From Chloroflexota bacterium (GTDB lineage: Bacteria; Chloroflexota; Limnocylindria; Limnocylindrales; CSP1-4), in NCBI GenBank assembly GCA_021787395.1, contig JAJYLZ010000010.1, positions 4,030 through 68,029 on the forward strand: a stretch of DNA of 64,000 nt, in the 5' to 3' direction. A program made the position numbers and the translations under genes. Each line of letters begins with the position of its first letter. Within the stretch, counting starts at the first letter, position 1. Below are positions 1-10,306 of this stretch, one piece after another. Under the pieces are notes generated by a model that saw nothing but the letters and a program-made list of their open reading frames with translations, searched no databases and was not told the DNA's origin.

Positions 1-53
1 GCGGGGCTCCGAGCCGCCCAGTCGCCCTCGGGGCCGCCGGCCCGCGCCGCCCG

Positions 54-866
54 TCAGCCTGCGCCCGGCGCCGGGGCGAACCCGACCGTCGTCTCGAAGT
101 GGAGGTCCTCGCCGCGGGACACGAACAGGCCCCAGCTCAGGGGCCGGTCGTCGAAGCCGAAGAACAGGTGCTCGAGCACGAACGCCGGGTGGCCCAGCTC
201 GGACCCGAGCCGGCGCGCCTCCTCGCCCCGCAGTGCCGATGCGTACAGCCTGAGCCGCCCGCGCTTCGGCCCGACGCCCACCCGACCCTCGAACAGGTCC
301 CGAAGGCCAGCGACCCCGAGCTCGGCGTCCACGTCGGGGTGGCCGGGGTCGGCGATCCGCCACTGGCGGTGGTAGAGCCGCGGCTCCTCGCCCCGCAGCA
401 GCAGCCGCCGGATCATGGTGACCGGGGTCCCGGGCGCGACGCCCAGCATCGCCGCCGGCCGTCCGCTGGCGGACACGACGCGGGTCTCCAGCACCCGGAT
501 ATTGGTGGCGGGATCGGCGAGCAGGGCGTGGAACGAGCCGAGGTCGAAGGCCGCGGCCTGGATGGTCGCCGCCTCGACGAAGGTGCCGCGCCCCGGGACC
601 GTGCTCACGGCGCGCTCGTCGAGCAGGACCTTGATCGCCCGCCGGACGGTCATCGGGCTCAGGCCATAGGTCGCGACGAGCTCGGTCTCGGTCGGGAGCC
701 GGTCGCCCGCCTGGAACTCGCCGCGCACGATCCTCGCGCGCAGGATGCCGGCCAGCTGGGCGTAGGCGGGCTCGAACGAGTCGCGCGCAATGCGGGGCGC
801 CGCGTCCTCCGCAGGGAGTGCCGCGCCGACGGCGGACGCGCCGGGTCGCCCGCGGCTAGCGGACAT
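54..866 (-). CDS. GntR/HutC-family transcriptional regulator (winged HTH plus UTRA-like effector domain)
   Basis: 270-aa ORF. The segment YAQLAGILRARIVRGEFQAGDRLPTETELVATYGLSPMTVRRAIKVL is a classic GntR HTH. The C-terminal ~170 aa are UTRA-like. Confidence 0.85.
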   Translation of the reverse strand: MSASRGRPGASAVGAALPAEDAAPRIARDSFEPAYAQLAGILRARIVRGEFQAGDRLPTETELVATYGLSPMTVRRAIKVLLDERAVSTVPGRGTFVEAATIQAAAFDLGSFHALLADPATNIRVLETRVVSASGRPAAMLGVAPGTPVTMIRRLLLRGEEPRLYHRQWRIADPGHPDVDAELGVAGLRDLFEGRVGVGPKRGRLRLYASALRGEEARRLGSELGHPAFVLEHLFFGFDDRPLSWGLFVSRGEDLHFETTVGFAPAPGAG

Positions 867-920
867 GGCCGACGTTCCCCGATTCCGCGGTCCGAACGAC
901 CCTCATCTCGCGCCCTTCTC

Positions 921-940
921 TACCCTATACCTATAGGGTA
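921..940. promoter_or_regulatory. Candidate operator: perfect 9-bp inverted repeat TACCCTATA-cc-TATAGGGTA
   Basis: An AT-rich perfect palindrome read directly from the sequence. It lies in the 204-nt divergent gap between the GntR gene (start 866) and folD (start 1071), standing out against GC-rich DNA. Confidence 0.45.
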
Positions 941-1070
941 ACATCGTTGGGACGTCCCCTGACCGCTGTGCCGCGAGCACGTCGTTCGCGCTCGGCGGCA
1001 GTCAGGCGCTGCCGAGTTCGAGAGGTTCGACCGTGACGACAGTCCCGACGCAGGCGCGGACGCCCCACGC

Positions 1071-1994
1071 ATGACCGGCCTGATGGACGAGGGCCCGCGG
1101 CTGCTGCGGGGAGGCCCGGTGGCCACCGCCATCCGGGAGCAGGTGGCCGCGGACGTCGCCGGGTTCCGGGCGGAGTTCGGGTACCAGCCGGCTCTGGCGG
1201 TGCTGGTCGTCGGCGCGGACGCCCCCTCGCTCGTGTACCTCCACAAGATCCTCGACGGCTGCCGCCTCGTGGGCATCGGCGACCGGCTCGTCGAACTGCC
1301 GGCGGAGTCCACGGAGGAGGACGTGAGCCGGGCGCTCCGCGGCCTCCAGGCGGACCCGGCGATCGCCGGGATCATCGTCCAGCAGCCCCTCCCCAAGGGC
1401 GTCGGCCTGCGGGCGGTGATCGACGCCCTGGACCCCATGCGCGACATCGACGGCATCCACCCGCTCAACGCCGGGCTGCTCTCGCTCGGCTACGACGGCT
1501 TCCTGCCCGCCACCGCCCATGCGAGCGTGGAGATCCTCAAGCAGTCGGGCATCCCGATCTCGGGCAGGCACTGCGTCGTGGTGGGGCGGTCCAACGTGAT
1601 CGGCAAGCCCGCGGCCCTGCTGATGCTGCGCGAGAACGCCACGGTCACGGTCTGCCACAGCAAGACCGCCGACCTGCCGTCCATCCTCCGGACGGCGGAC
1701 ATCGTGATCGTCGCCATCGGCAGGGCCAACTTCGTCACCGGCGACATGCTCAAGCCCGGCGCCGTCGTCGTGGACGTCGGCATCAACGTCGTCGAGGGCA
1801 AGCTCGTCGGCGACGTCCACTTCGAGAGCGCGGCGCGCGTCGCGTCCGCGATCACCCCGGTCCCCGGCGGTGTCGGACCCCTCACCAACGCCATCCTGCT
1901 CACGCACCTCGTCGAGGCCGCCCGGGCGAAGGCAACGGGCAGCATCCCGCTGGGTGCCCACTCCCTCGCAGTCCCCGCTCCGGAGGCCAACTAG
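1071..1994 (+). CDS. folD: Bifunctional methylenetetrahydrofolate dehydrogenase / methenyl-THF cyclohydrolase
   Basis: 307 aa. FolD-like motifs: LAVLVVGADAPSLVYLHKI, QQPLPKG, DGIHPLNAG, VVVGRSNVIGKPAALLML, PVPGGVGPLT. Confidence 0.93.
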   Translation: MTGLMDEGPRLLRGGPVATAIREQVAADVAGFRAEFGYQPALAVLVVGADAPSLVYLHKILDGCRLVGIGDRLVELPAESTEEDVSRALRGLQADPAIAGIIVQQPLPKGVGLRAVIDALDPMRDIDGIHPLNAGLLSLGYDGFLPATAHASVEILKQSGIPISGRHCVVVGRSNVIGKPAALLMLRENATVTVCHSKTADLPSILRTADIVIVAIGRANFVTGDMLKPGAVVVDVGINVVEGKLVGDVHFESAARVASAITPVPGGVGPLTNAILLTHLVEAARAKATGSIPLGAHSLAVPAPEAN

Positions 1995-3701
<1,707 letters not shown>

Positions 3702-3749
3702 AGAGCAACGCGCTCAGGGCCGGTCCGCCCGGCCCCGCGCTCCGCTGCC

Positions 3750-4703
3750 ATGAGCCCAGTCCTCGACGCCCTCGGTCGGGTCCTGCCGGTCCTGCTGCTG
3801 GTCGCCCTCGGCGCGGTCCTGCGCCAGCGCGCCTGGCTGGGGCCGTCGACGATCGGCGATCTGCGCCGGCTGGTCCTGACGGTGACCCTGCCGTCGGCGC
3901 TGTTCCTGACGTTCCTGCGGGTGGACCTCGAGGCGCGCTTCCTGCCGATCATCGCGATCGTGTTCAGCGCCTGCCTGGTCATGCTTGCCGCAGGTCCGCT
4001 GCTCGCGCGTCCGATGGGCGCACGCTCCCCGTACACGGGCCCGCTGATGACCGGGTTCGAGGCCGGCATGCTCGGCTACGCGATCTACGCGGGGGTCTTC
4101 GGGCAGGACAACCTGTACCGGTTCGGGATCATCGACCTGGGCCAGGTCCTGTTCGTGTTCTTCGTCCTGGCGCCAGTGCTCGTTCGCCGGTCCACCGGCG
4201 TGCGACCCGGGCTGGGCGCGACGGCCCGGTCTTTCTTCAAGACGCCAGTCATCCTCGCCATCCTGGGCGGCCTCGTCGGGCACGTCGTGGGCCTCGGCGG
4301 CCTGTTCGACGCGTCGCCGCTCCTGGCCTCCATCCCCGCCGCACTGGGCCTGCTGGCCGCCTGCACGACGCCGCTCATCGCGCTCGTCATCGGCTACTCG
4401 ACGGCGCTCCGGCCGGGCGCGCTGCGGCGGCCGACGGTGACCATCGCGCTGCGCCTCGCCGTGTGGATCGTGCTCGCCATCGCCTTCGACCGCCTGGTCG
4501 TGGAGGGCGTGCTGGGGCTCGACCGCCTGTTCGGGGCCGCCGTCCTGACGATGGCCGTCCTGCCGCCGCCATTCGTCATCCCGCTGTACATGGGCGGCCG
4601 GGCCACCGACAGCGAGCACGCCTACGTGACAGACGCCCTCTCGGTGGCCACCGTGGCCACGATGGTGCTGTTCCCCGTGGTGGCGACCGCGTTCAGCGGC
4701 TGA
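3750..4703 (+). CDS. AEC (auxin efflux carrier) family permease
   Basis: 317 aa and about 10 predicted TM helices. The two-lobed hydrophobic layout and N-terminus (VLPVLLLVALGAVL...) are typical of the AEC family. Confidence 0.75.
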   Translation: MSPVLDALGRVLPVLLLVALGAVLRQRAWLGPSTIGDLRRLVLTVTLPSALFLTFLRVDLEARFLPIIAIVFSACLVMLAAGPLLARPMGARSPYTGPLMTGFEAGMLGYAIYAGVFGQDNLYRFGIIDLGQVLFVFFVLAPVLVRRSTGVRPGLGATARSFFKTPVILAILGGLVGHVVGLGGLFDASPLLASIPAALGLLAACTTPLIALVIGYSTALRPGALRRPTVTIALRLAVWIVLAIAFDRLVVEGVLGLDRLFGAAVLTMAVLPPPFVIPLYMGGRATDSEHAYVTDALSVATVATMVLFPVVATAFSG

Positions 4704-4755
4704 GAGCGGGCCGAGCGGGCCTCCCGGGAGCCCTCCCAAAGACCACATGGTTCAG

Positions 4756-5179
4756 GGTCGTTCACGAATCGCGGAACTACTGGGGAGTTGGGGACGGCTG
4801 CGGGTGGCGGGGATCTCCGGCAGGCCGCCCTCCCTCCGACGCGCGGCGGGTCGCCCGTGCCGAGGCCGGTGCGGGCCGCTGGTGCGGCTGGGTCGGTCCG
4901 GGCCGCCCGTGCGGGCCGCCGGCGCGGCTGGGTCGGTGCCGAGCCCGGTGCGGCTGGGTCGGTGCCTGGCCCGTGCGGGCGGCCGGTGCGGCTGGGTCGG
5001 TGCCTGGCTCGTGCGGAGGCCGGGTGCTGCTGGGCGGGGCCCAAGATCGTTCCGCGATTCGTGAACGACCCGGAATCGAGGGTCGGGCGGAGACCCCACC
5101 CCGCGGCGCGAGGCCGGCCCATGGACCAGCTGGGGTGCTACGTCCCGGCGAATCGCGATCGTTCGCGAATAGCGGAACC
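4756..5179. repeat. REP-like palindromic repeat array A (3 copies, core GTTC[CG]GCGATTCG[CT]GAAC)
   Basis: Copies at 4756-4777, 5049-5070 (an exact 22-nt reverse complement of the first) and 5157-5179. The array is intergenic, between the 3' ends of the AEC permease gene and iolE. Confidence 0.75.
4867..5040. repeat. Degenerate tandem repeat (unit core GGTGCGGCTGGGTCGGTGCC, 4 copies, period 26-40 nt)
   Basis: Copies at 4881-4900, 4921-4940, 4947-4966 and 4985-5004, with CCGTGCGGGC(C/G)GCC interspersed. The repeat lies between the inverted REP copies. Confidence 0.65.
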
Positions 5180-5294
5180 AACCGCGCGCCGGGCGGAGGC
5201 GCGCGGCGAGGCGCGGCGGCGGGCGCGGCGGTGCGGCGCAGGGCGGCGGAGCGCGCGGCAGCGCAGAGGCGCAGAGGCGGCGGGACGGCGCGAC

Positions 5295-6164
5295 TCAGGC
5301 CCCGAGCAGGCCCTCGAGGTAGACGCGGTTGGCGCGCGCCGTCGCCGTCGGGTCGGGCGCGGTGTCCTGCTCGATGACGTACCAGCCGTCGTACCCGACC
5401 CGCTGCAGCGCCTCGACGACCTCCGGGATCCGGGCCATGCCCCGGCCGAGGGGCGGGAAGATGTAGTGGGCCAGCGCCTGGCCGAAGGACCAGCCCCCGG
5501 CCCTCGCCTGGGCCAGCACGTCCGGGTCCACGTCCTTCGCGTGGACGTGGCGGACCCGGTCGGCGTACCCCGGCAGGAGGTCGATCGCGTTGCCGCCGCC
5601 GAAGGCCAGGTGGCCGATGTCGAGGCACCACCCCACCAGGTCCGGGTCGGTCTCGTCGAGCAGGCGCGCGGTCTCGGCCGGCGTCTCGACGTAGGTCCCC
5701 ACGTGGTTGTGGAACGCGAGCGTCATGCCCAGGGGCCTCAGCCGGCGGGCCAGCTCCTGCAGCCCGCCCGCCAGGTTCCGCCACTGCGCGTCGGTCAGCC
5801 CGCGGGACTCGTCCACGTGGCCCGCCTCGCCGCGGCGCCGGTCGTCGCCGGCCTCCGCGGCGATCAGCACCCTGCCGCCGTTCTTGGTGAGGAAGTCGGC
5901 GATGCCCAGCGCCCGCTCGAGCTCCGCGTCCCAGCGGTCGCGGTCCCGGAAGCCCAGCCCCACGAACGCGCCGACCAGGTCCAGGCCCCGGCTGCCCAGG
6001 GCCTCCCGGAGCTCGTCGGGGTCCGTCGGCATCGACGGGCCCCATTCGGTGGCGTCGTAGCCGGCCTCGACCATGCGGTCGAGCGCCTCGCCGTACGGCA
6101 TCCACGGGAACACGTCCGGGATGTCCGGGCTGTTCCAGTTGACGATCGCGGTGGCGATCCGCAT
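5295..6164 (-). CDS. iolE: Inosose dehydratase-like sugar phosphate isomerase/epimerase (xylose-isomerase-like TIM barrel)
   Basis: 289 aa. AP-endonuclease-2/IolE-type TIM-barrel motifs (AFHNHVGTYVETPAE, CLDIGHL, HVHAKDVD, YVIEQD). It lies immediately downstream of iolD on the same strand. Confidence 0.72.
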   Translation of the reverse strand: MRIATAIVNWNSPDIPDVFPWMPYGEALDRMVEAGYDATEWGPSMPTDPDELREALGSRGLDLVGAFVGLGFRDRDRWDAELERALGIADFLTKNGGRVLIAAEAGDDRRRGEAGHVDESRGLTDAQWRNLAGGLQELARRLRPLGMTLAFHNHVGTYVETPAETARLLDETDPDLVGWCLDIGHLAFGGGNAIDLLPGYADRVRHVHAKDVDPDVLAQARAGGWSFGQALAHYIFPPLGRGMARIPEVVEALQRVGYDGWYVIEQDTAPDPTATARANRVYLEGLLGA

Positions 6165-6209
6165 CCGGATACCTCCCTCGTGCGACGAGCGGTGCCCGTC
6201 GCGACGTGC

Positions 6210-8090
6210 CTAGGCGAGCTCCTCCCGCTGGAGCGCCGCGGCCTGCTCGTACCGCGCGCGGGCCGCGACGACTAGGTCCGACCCGCTGACCTCGGCCGGC
6301 GGGACGTCCCACCAGCTCTCGTAGCCCGGGGCTCGCTTGTCGGGGTTGACGTAGACGTGGATCACGGTCGTGCGGTCCGCCGTGCGGGCGGCCGCGATCG
6401 CGTCGCGGATCTCCTGCTCGGTGTGCGCGGTGACCCCGATCGCGCCCATCGCCTCGGCGTGCTTGGCGAAGTCCACCGGGATGTAGCCGCCGGTCAGGCG
6501 CCCGGTGCCGCCCTCGCGGAAGCGCAGCTCGTTGCCGAACTGGGGCACGCCGCAGCTCCAGGCCAGGTCCTTGATGCACTGGAAGCCGTGGTTGTCGAAC
6601 ACGACCACGGTCATCTTCACGCCCTCGGCGACCGCGGTGACGATCTCGCTGTTCAGCATCAGGTAGGTCCCGTCGCCGATGGCGACGACCACCTCGCGCT
6701 CGGGCTCGGCCATCTTGACGCCGATGCCGGCCGGGATCTCGTAGCCCATGCAGGAGTAGCCGTACTCGAGGTGGTAGGCCTTGCTGTCCTCGGGCCGCCA
6801 CAGCTTGAGCAGGTCGCCGGGCAGCGAGCCCGCCGCGCACACGACCGTGGCGTGGCCGCCGACGGCGTCGTTGACGATGCCGATGACCTCGGGCTGGGCG
6901 AGGTCGCCCGGATCGCCGCCGGGCCGCCGGTGGAAGTCGACCCGGGCGTCCCACTCCTCCTTCAGGTCGCCGATCCGGTCGCGGTAGGCCTGGCTGGTGC
7001 CGGGGTGGTCGGCCAGCGCCGCCGTGAGCGAGAGCAGCGCCTCTCGGGCGTCGGCCACCAGCGCGACGGCGCGCACCTTGTTGGCGTCGAACCCGTTGAG
7101 GTTGATGCCGACGAAGGTCGCGTCCTCGTTCTGGAAGGCCGTCTTGGACGCGGTGACGAAGTCGCCCATGCGGGTGCCGATGGCGATGACGAGGTCCGCC
7201 TCCTTGGCCAGGCGGTTGGCGGCGAGGCCGCCCGCCGCCCCGACCGGGCCCACGTTCAGGGGGTGGTTCCAGGGCAGGACGCCCTTGCCCGCCTGGCTCT
7301 CGCTGACCGGGATGCCGAAGGTGGTGGCGAAGGCGTCGAGCGCCGCCTCGGCGCCGGAGTAGATCGCCCCGCCGCCGGCGACGATGAGCGGCTGCCGCGC
7401 CGTGCGGATGAGCTCGGCCACCTCGGCCAGGACGGCGGGCTCCGGGACGGGCCGGCGCACGTGCCAGACGCGCTTGGCGAAGAACCGCTCCGGCCAGTCG
7501 TAGACCTCGGCCTGGACGTCCTCGGGCAGGGCCACGGTCACCGCGCCCGTCTCGGCCGGGTCGGTGAGCACGCGGAAGGCCTCGGGCAGGGATGACAGCA
7601 GCTGCTCCGGGCGGCTGATCCGGTCGAAGTAGCGGCTGACCGGGCGGAACGCGTCGTTGGCCGACACGTCGTGCTCGACCGGGTGCTCCACCTGCTGCAG
7701 GACCGGGTCGGGCAGGCGGTTCGCGAAGTAGTCCGACGGGAGCAGCAGGACCGGCAGCCGGTTCACCGTCGCCTGCGCGGCGCCGGTGACCATGTTCGTG
7801 GCGCCGGGCCCGATCGAGCTCGTGCAGGCGAACGTCTGCAGCCGGTTCTTGTGCTTCGCGTAGGCGGCGGCGAGGTGCACCTGCGCCTGCTCGTTCTGGG
7901 GGCGGTAGTAGGGCATCTGGCACTCGTCGCCGAGCTCCTCGAGCGCCTGACCGAGGCCGGCGACGTTGCCGTGGCCGAAGATCCCCCAGACGCCGGCGAT
8001 GAAGCGGCTCTCGACGCCGTCACGCTCGACGTACTGCGCCGCCAGGAACTTGACGATCGCCTGTCCGACCGTCAGCCGGATGGTGGACAA
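6210..8090 (-). CDS. iolD: 3D-(3,5/4)-trihydroxycyclohexane-1,2-dione acylhydrolase (ThDP-dependent)
   Basis: 626 aa. N-terminus MSTIRLTVGQAIVKFLAAQYVERDG...GIFGHGNVAGLGQALEE and the ThDP motif GDGTYLMLNSEI are typical of IolD. Confidence 0.92.
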   Translation of the reverse strand: MSTIRLTVGQAIVKFLAAQYVERDGVESRFIAGVWGIFGHGNVAGLGQALEELGDECQMPYYRPQNEQAQVHLAAAYAKHKNRLQTFACTSSIGPGATNMVTGAAQATVNRLPVLLLPSDYFANRLPDPVLQQVEHPVEHDVSANDAFRPVSRYFDRISRPEQLLSSLPEAFRVLTDPAETGAVTVALPEDVQAEVYDWPERFFAKRVWHVRRPVPEPAVLAEVAELIRTARQPLIVAGGGAIYSGAEAALDAFATTFGIPVSESQAGKGVLPWNHPLNVGPVGAAGGLAANRLAKEADLVIAIGTRMGDFVTASKTAFQNEDATFVGINLNGFDANKVRAVALVADAREALLSLTAALADHPGTSQAYRDRIGDLKEEWDARVDFHRRPGGDPGDLAQPEVIGIVNDAVGGHATVVCAAGSLPGDLLKLWRPEDSKAYHLEYGYSCMGYEIPAGIGVKMAEPEREVVVAIGDGTYLMLNSEIVTAVAEGVKMTVVVFDNHGFQCIKDLAWSCGVPQFGNELRFREGGTGRLTGGYIPVDFAKHAEAMGAIGVTAHTEQEIRDAIAAARTADRTTVIHVYVNPDKRAPGYESWWDVPPAEVSGSDLVVAARARYEQAAALQREELA

Positions 8091-8167
8091 CGGAGGCCTC
8101 CTCTCGTGGGAGCTGCAGTGGCCCAGGGCCGCCCTGTCGGCGCCGGACGTGGTGGTGCAATGGCGTG

Positions 8168-8181
8168 GGTAATCGTTTACA
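8168..8181. promoter_or_regulatory. LacI-type operator candidate GGTAATCGTTTACA, overlapping a TACACT -10-like hexamer (8178-8183)
   Basis: An imperfect palindrome with a central CG that fits TGnAAnCGnTTnCA on the reverse strand (TGTAAACGATTACC). It lies in the iolD/iolG divergent gap. Confidence 0.5.
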
Positions 8182-8326
8182 CTCTAGACCGCTCAGGCCT
8201 CGGGACGCAACCCTCGCGTCGTTCGCCCAGGGCGGTCGTCCGGGCCGAGCTCGAGCAGCGAGGATCTCACGCCAAGGCCGGTTGACGCCCGAGGGGCGCA
8301 GCGCCAGCAGTCAGGAGGCAGTGCAC

Positions 8327-9319
8327 ATGCTCCGCATCGCGATGCTGGGGGCCGGGCGCGTGGGCCAGGTCCACGCCCGCTCCGTCGTCGCCCACCCGGA
8401 GGCAGAGCTGGCCCTGGTCGTGGACCCGATCGAGGCCGCCGCCACGTCTCTGGCCGCGACCCACGGCACCCGCTGGAGCCTGGACCCCCAGGACGCGTTC
8501 GAGGACGCGTCCATCGACGCGGTGATCATCGGGACGCCCACCAACACCCACACCGAGATGCTCGCCCGCGCGGTGGACGCGGGCAAGAAGGTCCTGCTCG
8601 AGAAGCCGATCGACCTCGACCTCGCCCGGATCGACGACGTCTGGGCCAGGATCCAGGCCAAGGCGCCGTTCGTGATGCTCGGCTTCAACCGCCGGTTCGA
8701 CCCGTCGTTCCGTGAGGTCAAGGAGCGCGTGCAGCAGGGCGAGATCGGGATGGTCCGCGCCCTGCGCATCACCTCGCGCGACCCGCAGCCCCCGCCTGCT
8801 GCCTACCTCTCCGCCTCCGGCGGCATGTTCAAGGACATGACCATCCACGACTTCGACATGGCCCGCTTCCAGGTGGGCGACATGGTGGAGGTCTCCGCCG
8901 TCGCCTCGGACAACGGCCTGGACGCGTTCCGGGAGGCGAATGACCACGCGCAGGCGATCATCACGATGCGCGCCGTGAGCGGCGCCCTGGTGACGATCGT
9001 CGACAGCCGGTCCTGTGCGTACGGCTACGACCAGCGCCTCGAGGCGTTCGGCGACCTGGGCTCGCTCGAGGTGGGCAACTGGACGGCCACCAGCGTCCGG
9101 TCGGCCAGCGCGACCCGGACCGAGGCTGCGGGCCCCCTCCTCAACTTCTTCCTGGAGCGCTACCTGCCGGCGTTCCAGAACGAGCTCGACGAGTTCGTCC
9201 AGGCGATCAAGGCGGACCGCGCCCCGGCGGTCGGGTTCGCCGACGGGCGCGCCGCGCTGGTCCTCGCCGAGGCCGCCAACGAGAGCGTGGCCACCGGTCG
9301 GGTCGTCAAGGTCGGCTGA
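8327..9319 (+). CDS. iolG: myo-Inositol 2-dehydrogenase (Gfo/Idh/MocA family, IdhA-type)
   Basis: Start moved to ATG 8327, which follows AGGAGG (8313-8318). Motifs: MLGAGRVG Rossmann, EKPIDLD, GFNRRFDP, ITSRDP, GGMFKDMTIHDFDMARF, YGYDQRLE. The match to rhizobial IdhA is close, from memory. Confidence 0.88.
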   Translation: MLRIAMLGAGRVGQVHARSVVAHPEAELALVVDPIEAAATSLAATHGTRWSLDPQDAFEDASIDAVIIGTPTNTHTEMLARAVDAGKKVLLEKPIDLDLARIDDVWARIQAKAPFVMLGFNRRFDPSFREVKERVQQGEIGMVRALRITSRDPQPPPAAYLSASGGMFKDMTIHDFDMARFQVGDMVEVSAVASDNGLDAFREANDHAQAIITMRAVSGALVTIVDSRSCAYGYDQRLEAFGDLGSLEVGNWTATSVRSASATRTEAAGPLLNFFLERYLPAFQNELDEFVQAIKADRAPAVGFADGRAALVLAEAANESVATGRVVKVG

Positions 9320-9373
9320 CGCCCCGGGGCCGGGCACCGGGCGGCGTGAGCGAGGCAGCACCCGCCGGCCGCC

Positions 9374-10306
9374 TCAGCGGCGCGCCAGCTCCTGCAGTAC
9401 GCGCTCGGCGACCCGCTCCGGCGTGAGCCCGTGGCGCTCCAGCAGCCAGGCGTTGGGCGCCGATTCGCCCCAGGTGTCCTCGATGCCGATCCGGGCGACC
9501 CATCGGGGCTCGTGGGAGGTGACCACCTCGGCGACCAGTCCGCCGAGCCCGCCGAGGACCGAGTGCTCCTCGGTCGCGACCACGAGCGGCACCGCGGCCG
9601 TCGCCTCCGCCAGCGCCGCCGTGTCGAGGGGCTTGACGGACGGCAGGTGGACGACGCCGGCGTCGACCCCGCGCGCGGCGAGCAGGCCGGCCGCGGCCAG
9701 CGTCCGCGCCGTCTGCTGGCCGGTGGACACGAGCAGAACGTCGGCCCCGTCGCGGAGGCGGACGACCCGGCCCGGCTCGAACACGTAGTCGGCGCCGAAC
9801 ACGTCCGGGCCCGCCTCGCGCCCCAGCCGCAGGTAGACCGGCCCCGGCGTCGCGGTGGCCCAGCGGACGATCGCCGCGCACTCCGCGGCGTCGGCCGGGG
9901 CGAGCACCGTCATGTCCGGCATGGCGCGCATGATCGCGAGGTCCTGCACGTCGAGGTGCGTCTTGCCGGAGAAGCCCAGCTGGAGCCCCGAGTAGGCGGC
10001 GCCGATCTTCACGTTGGCCCGGGTCTGGGCCACGGACATCCGCACCTGGTCCACGGCCCGGTGGGTGAAGAACACCGTGAACGAGGACAGCCAGGGCACG
10101 AACCCGAGCGATGCCAGGCCCACGGCGGTGCCCACCATCCCCTGCTCCGCGATCCCCATCTCGAGGAAGCGGTCCGGGAACGCGCGGGCGAACTTCTCCG
10201 CCTTGGTGGACGTCGCGAGGTCCGCGTCGAGGACCAGCAGGTCCGGATTCGAGGCGCCCAGCTCGACCAGCGTGTCGGCCCACACGTCCCGCTGCGGCGC
10301 GCTCAC
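9374..10306 (-). CDS. Transketolase, C-terminal (pyrimidine-binding/C-terminal domain) subunit
   Basis: This is the lower half of the 618-aa track ORF. GTG at 10306 overlaps the upstream stop (GTGA). Motifs: FPDRFLEMGIAEQGMVG, GKTHLDVQDLAIMRAMP, PVYLRLGRE. Confidence 0.9.
   Translation of the reverse strand: MSAPQRDVWADTLVELGASNPDLLVLDADLATSTKAEKFARAFPDRFLEMGIAEQGMVGTAVGLASLGFVPWLSSFTVFFTHRAVDQVRMSVAQTRANVKIGAAYSGLQLGFSGKTHLDVQDLAIMRAMPDMTVLAPADAAECAAIVRWATATPGPVYLRLGREAGPDVFGADYVFEPGRVVRLRDGADVLLVSTGQQTARTLAAAGLLAARGVDAGVVHLPSVKPLDTAALAEATAAVPLVVATEEHSVLGGLGGLVAEVVTSHEPRWVARIGIEDTWGESAPNAWLLERHGLTPERVAERVLQELARR

Noticed and set aside
867-1070. A ZTP (pfl) or THF riboswitch upstream of folD-fhs, a known association for one-carbon genes.
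   Set aside because: I could not find the conserved blocks: no GGGUCGUGACUGGCG-like 5' element, no CCGCCUGGGC 3' pseudoknot element and no CUGGG anywhere in the gap. The perfect palindrome at 921-940 explains the AT-rich island instead. Running cmscan would settle it.
4867-5040. A CRISPR-like appearance: a repeated 20-mer with intervening unique sequence.
   Set aside because: The repeats are only 20 nt long. The spacers are 6-20 nt, irregular and themselves repetitive. The window has no cas genes and no leader. This fits a degenerate tandem repeat, not a CRISPR array.
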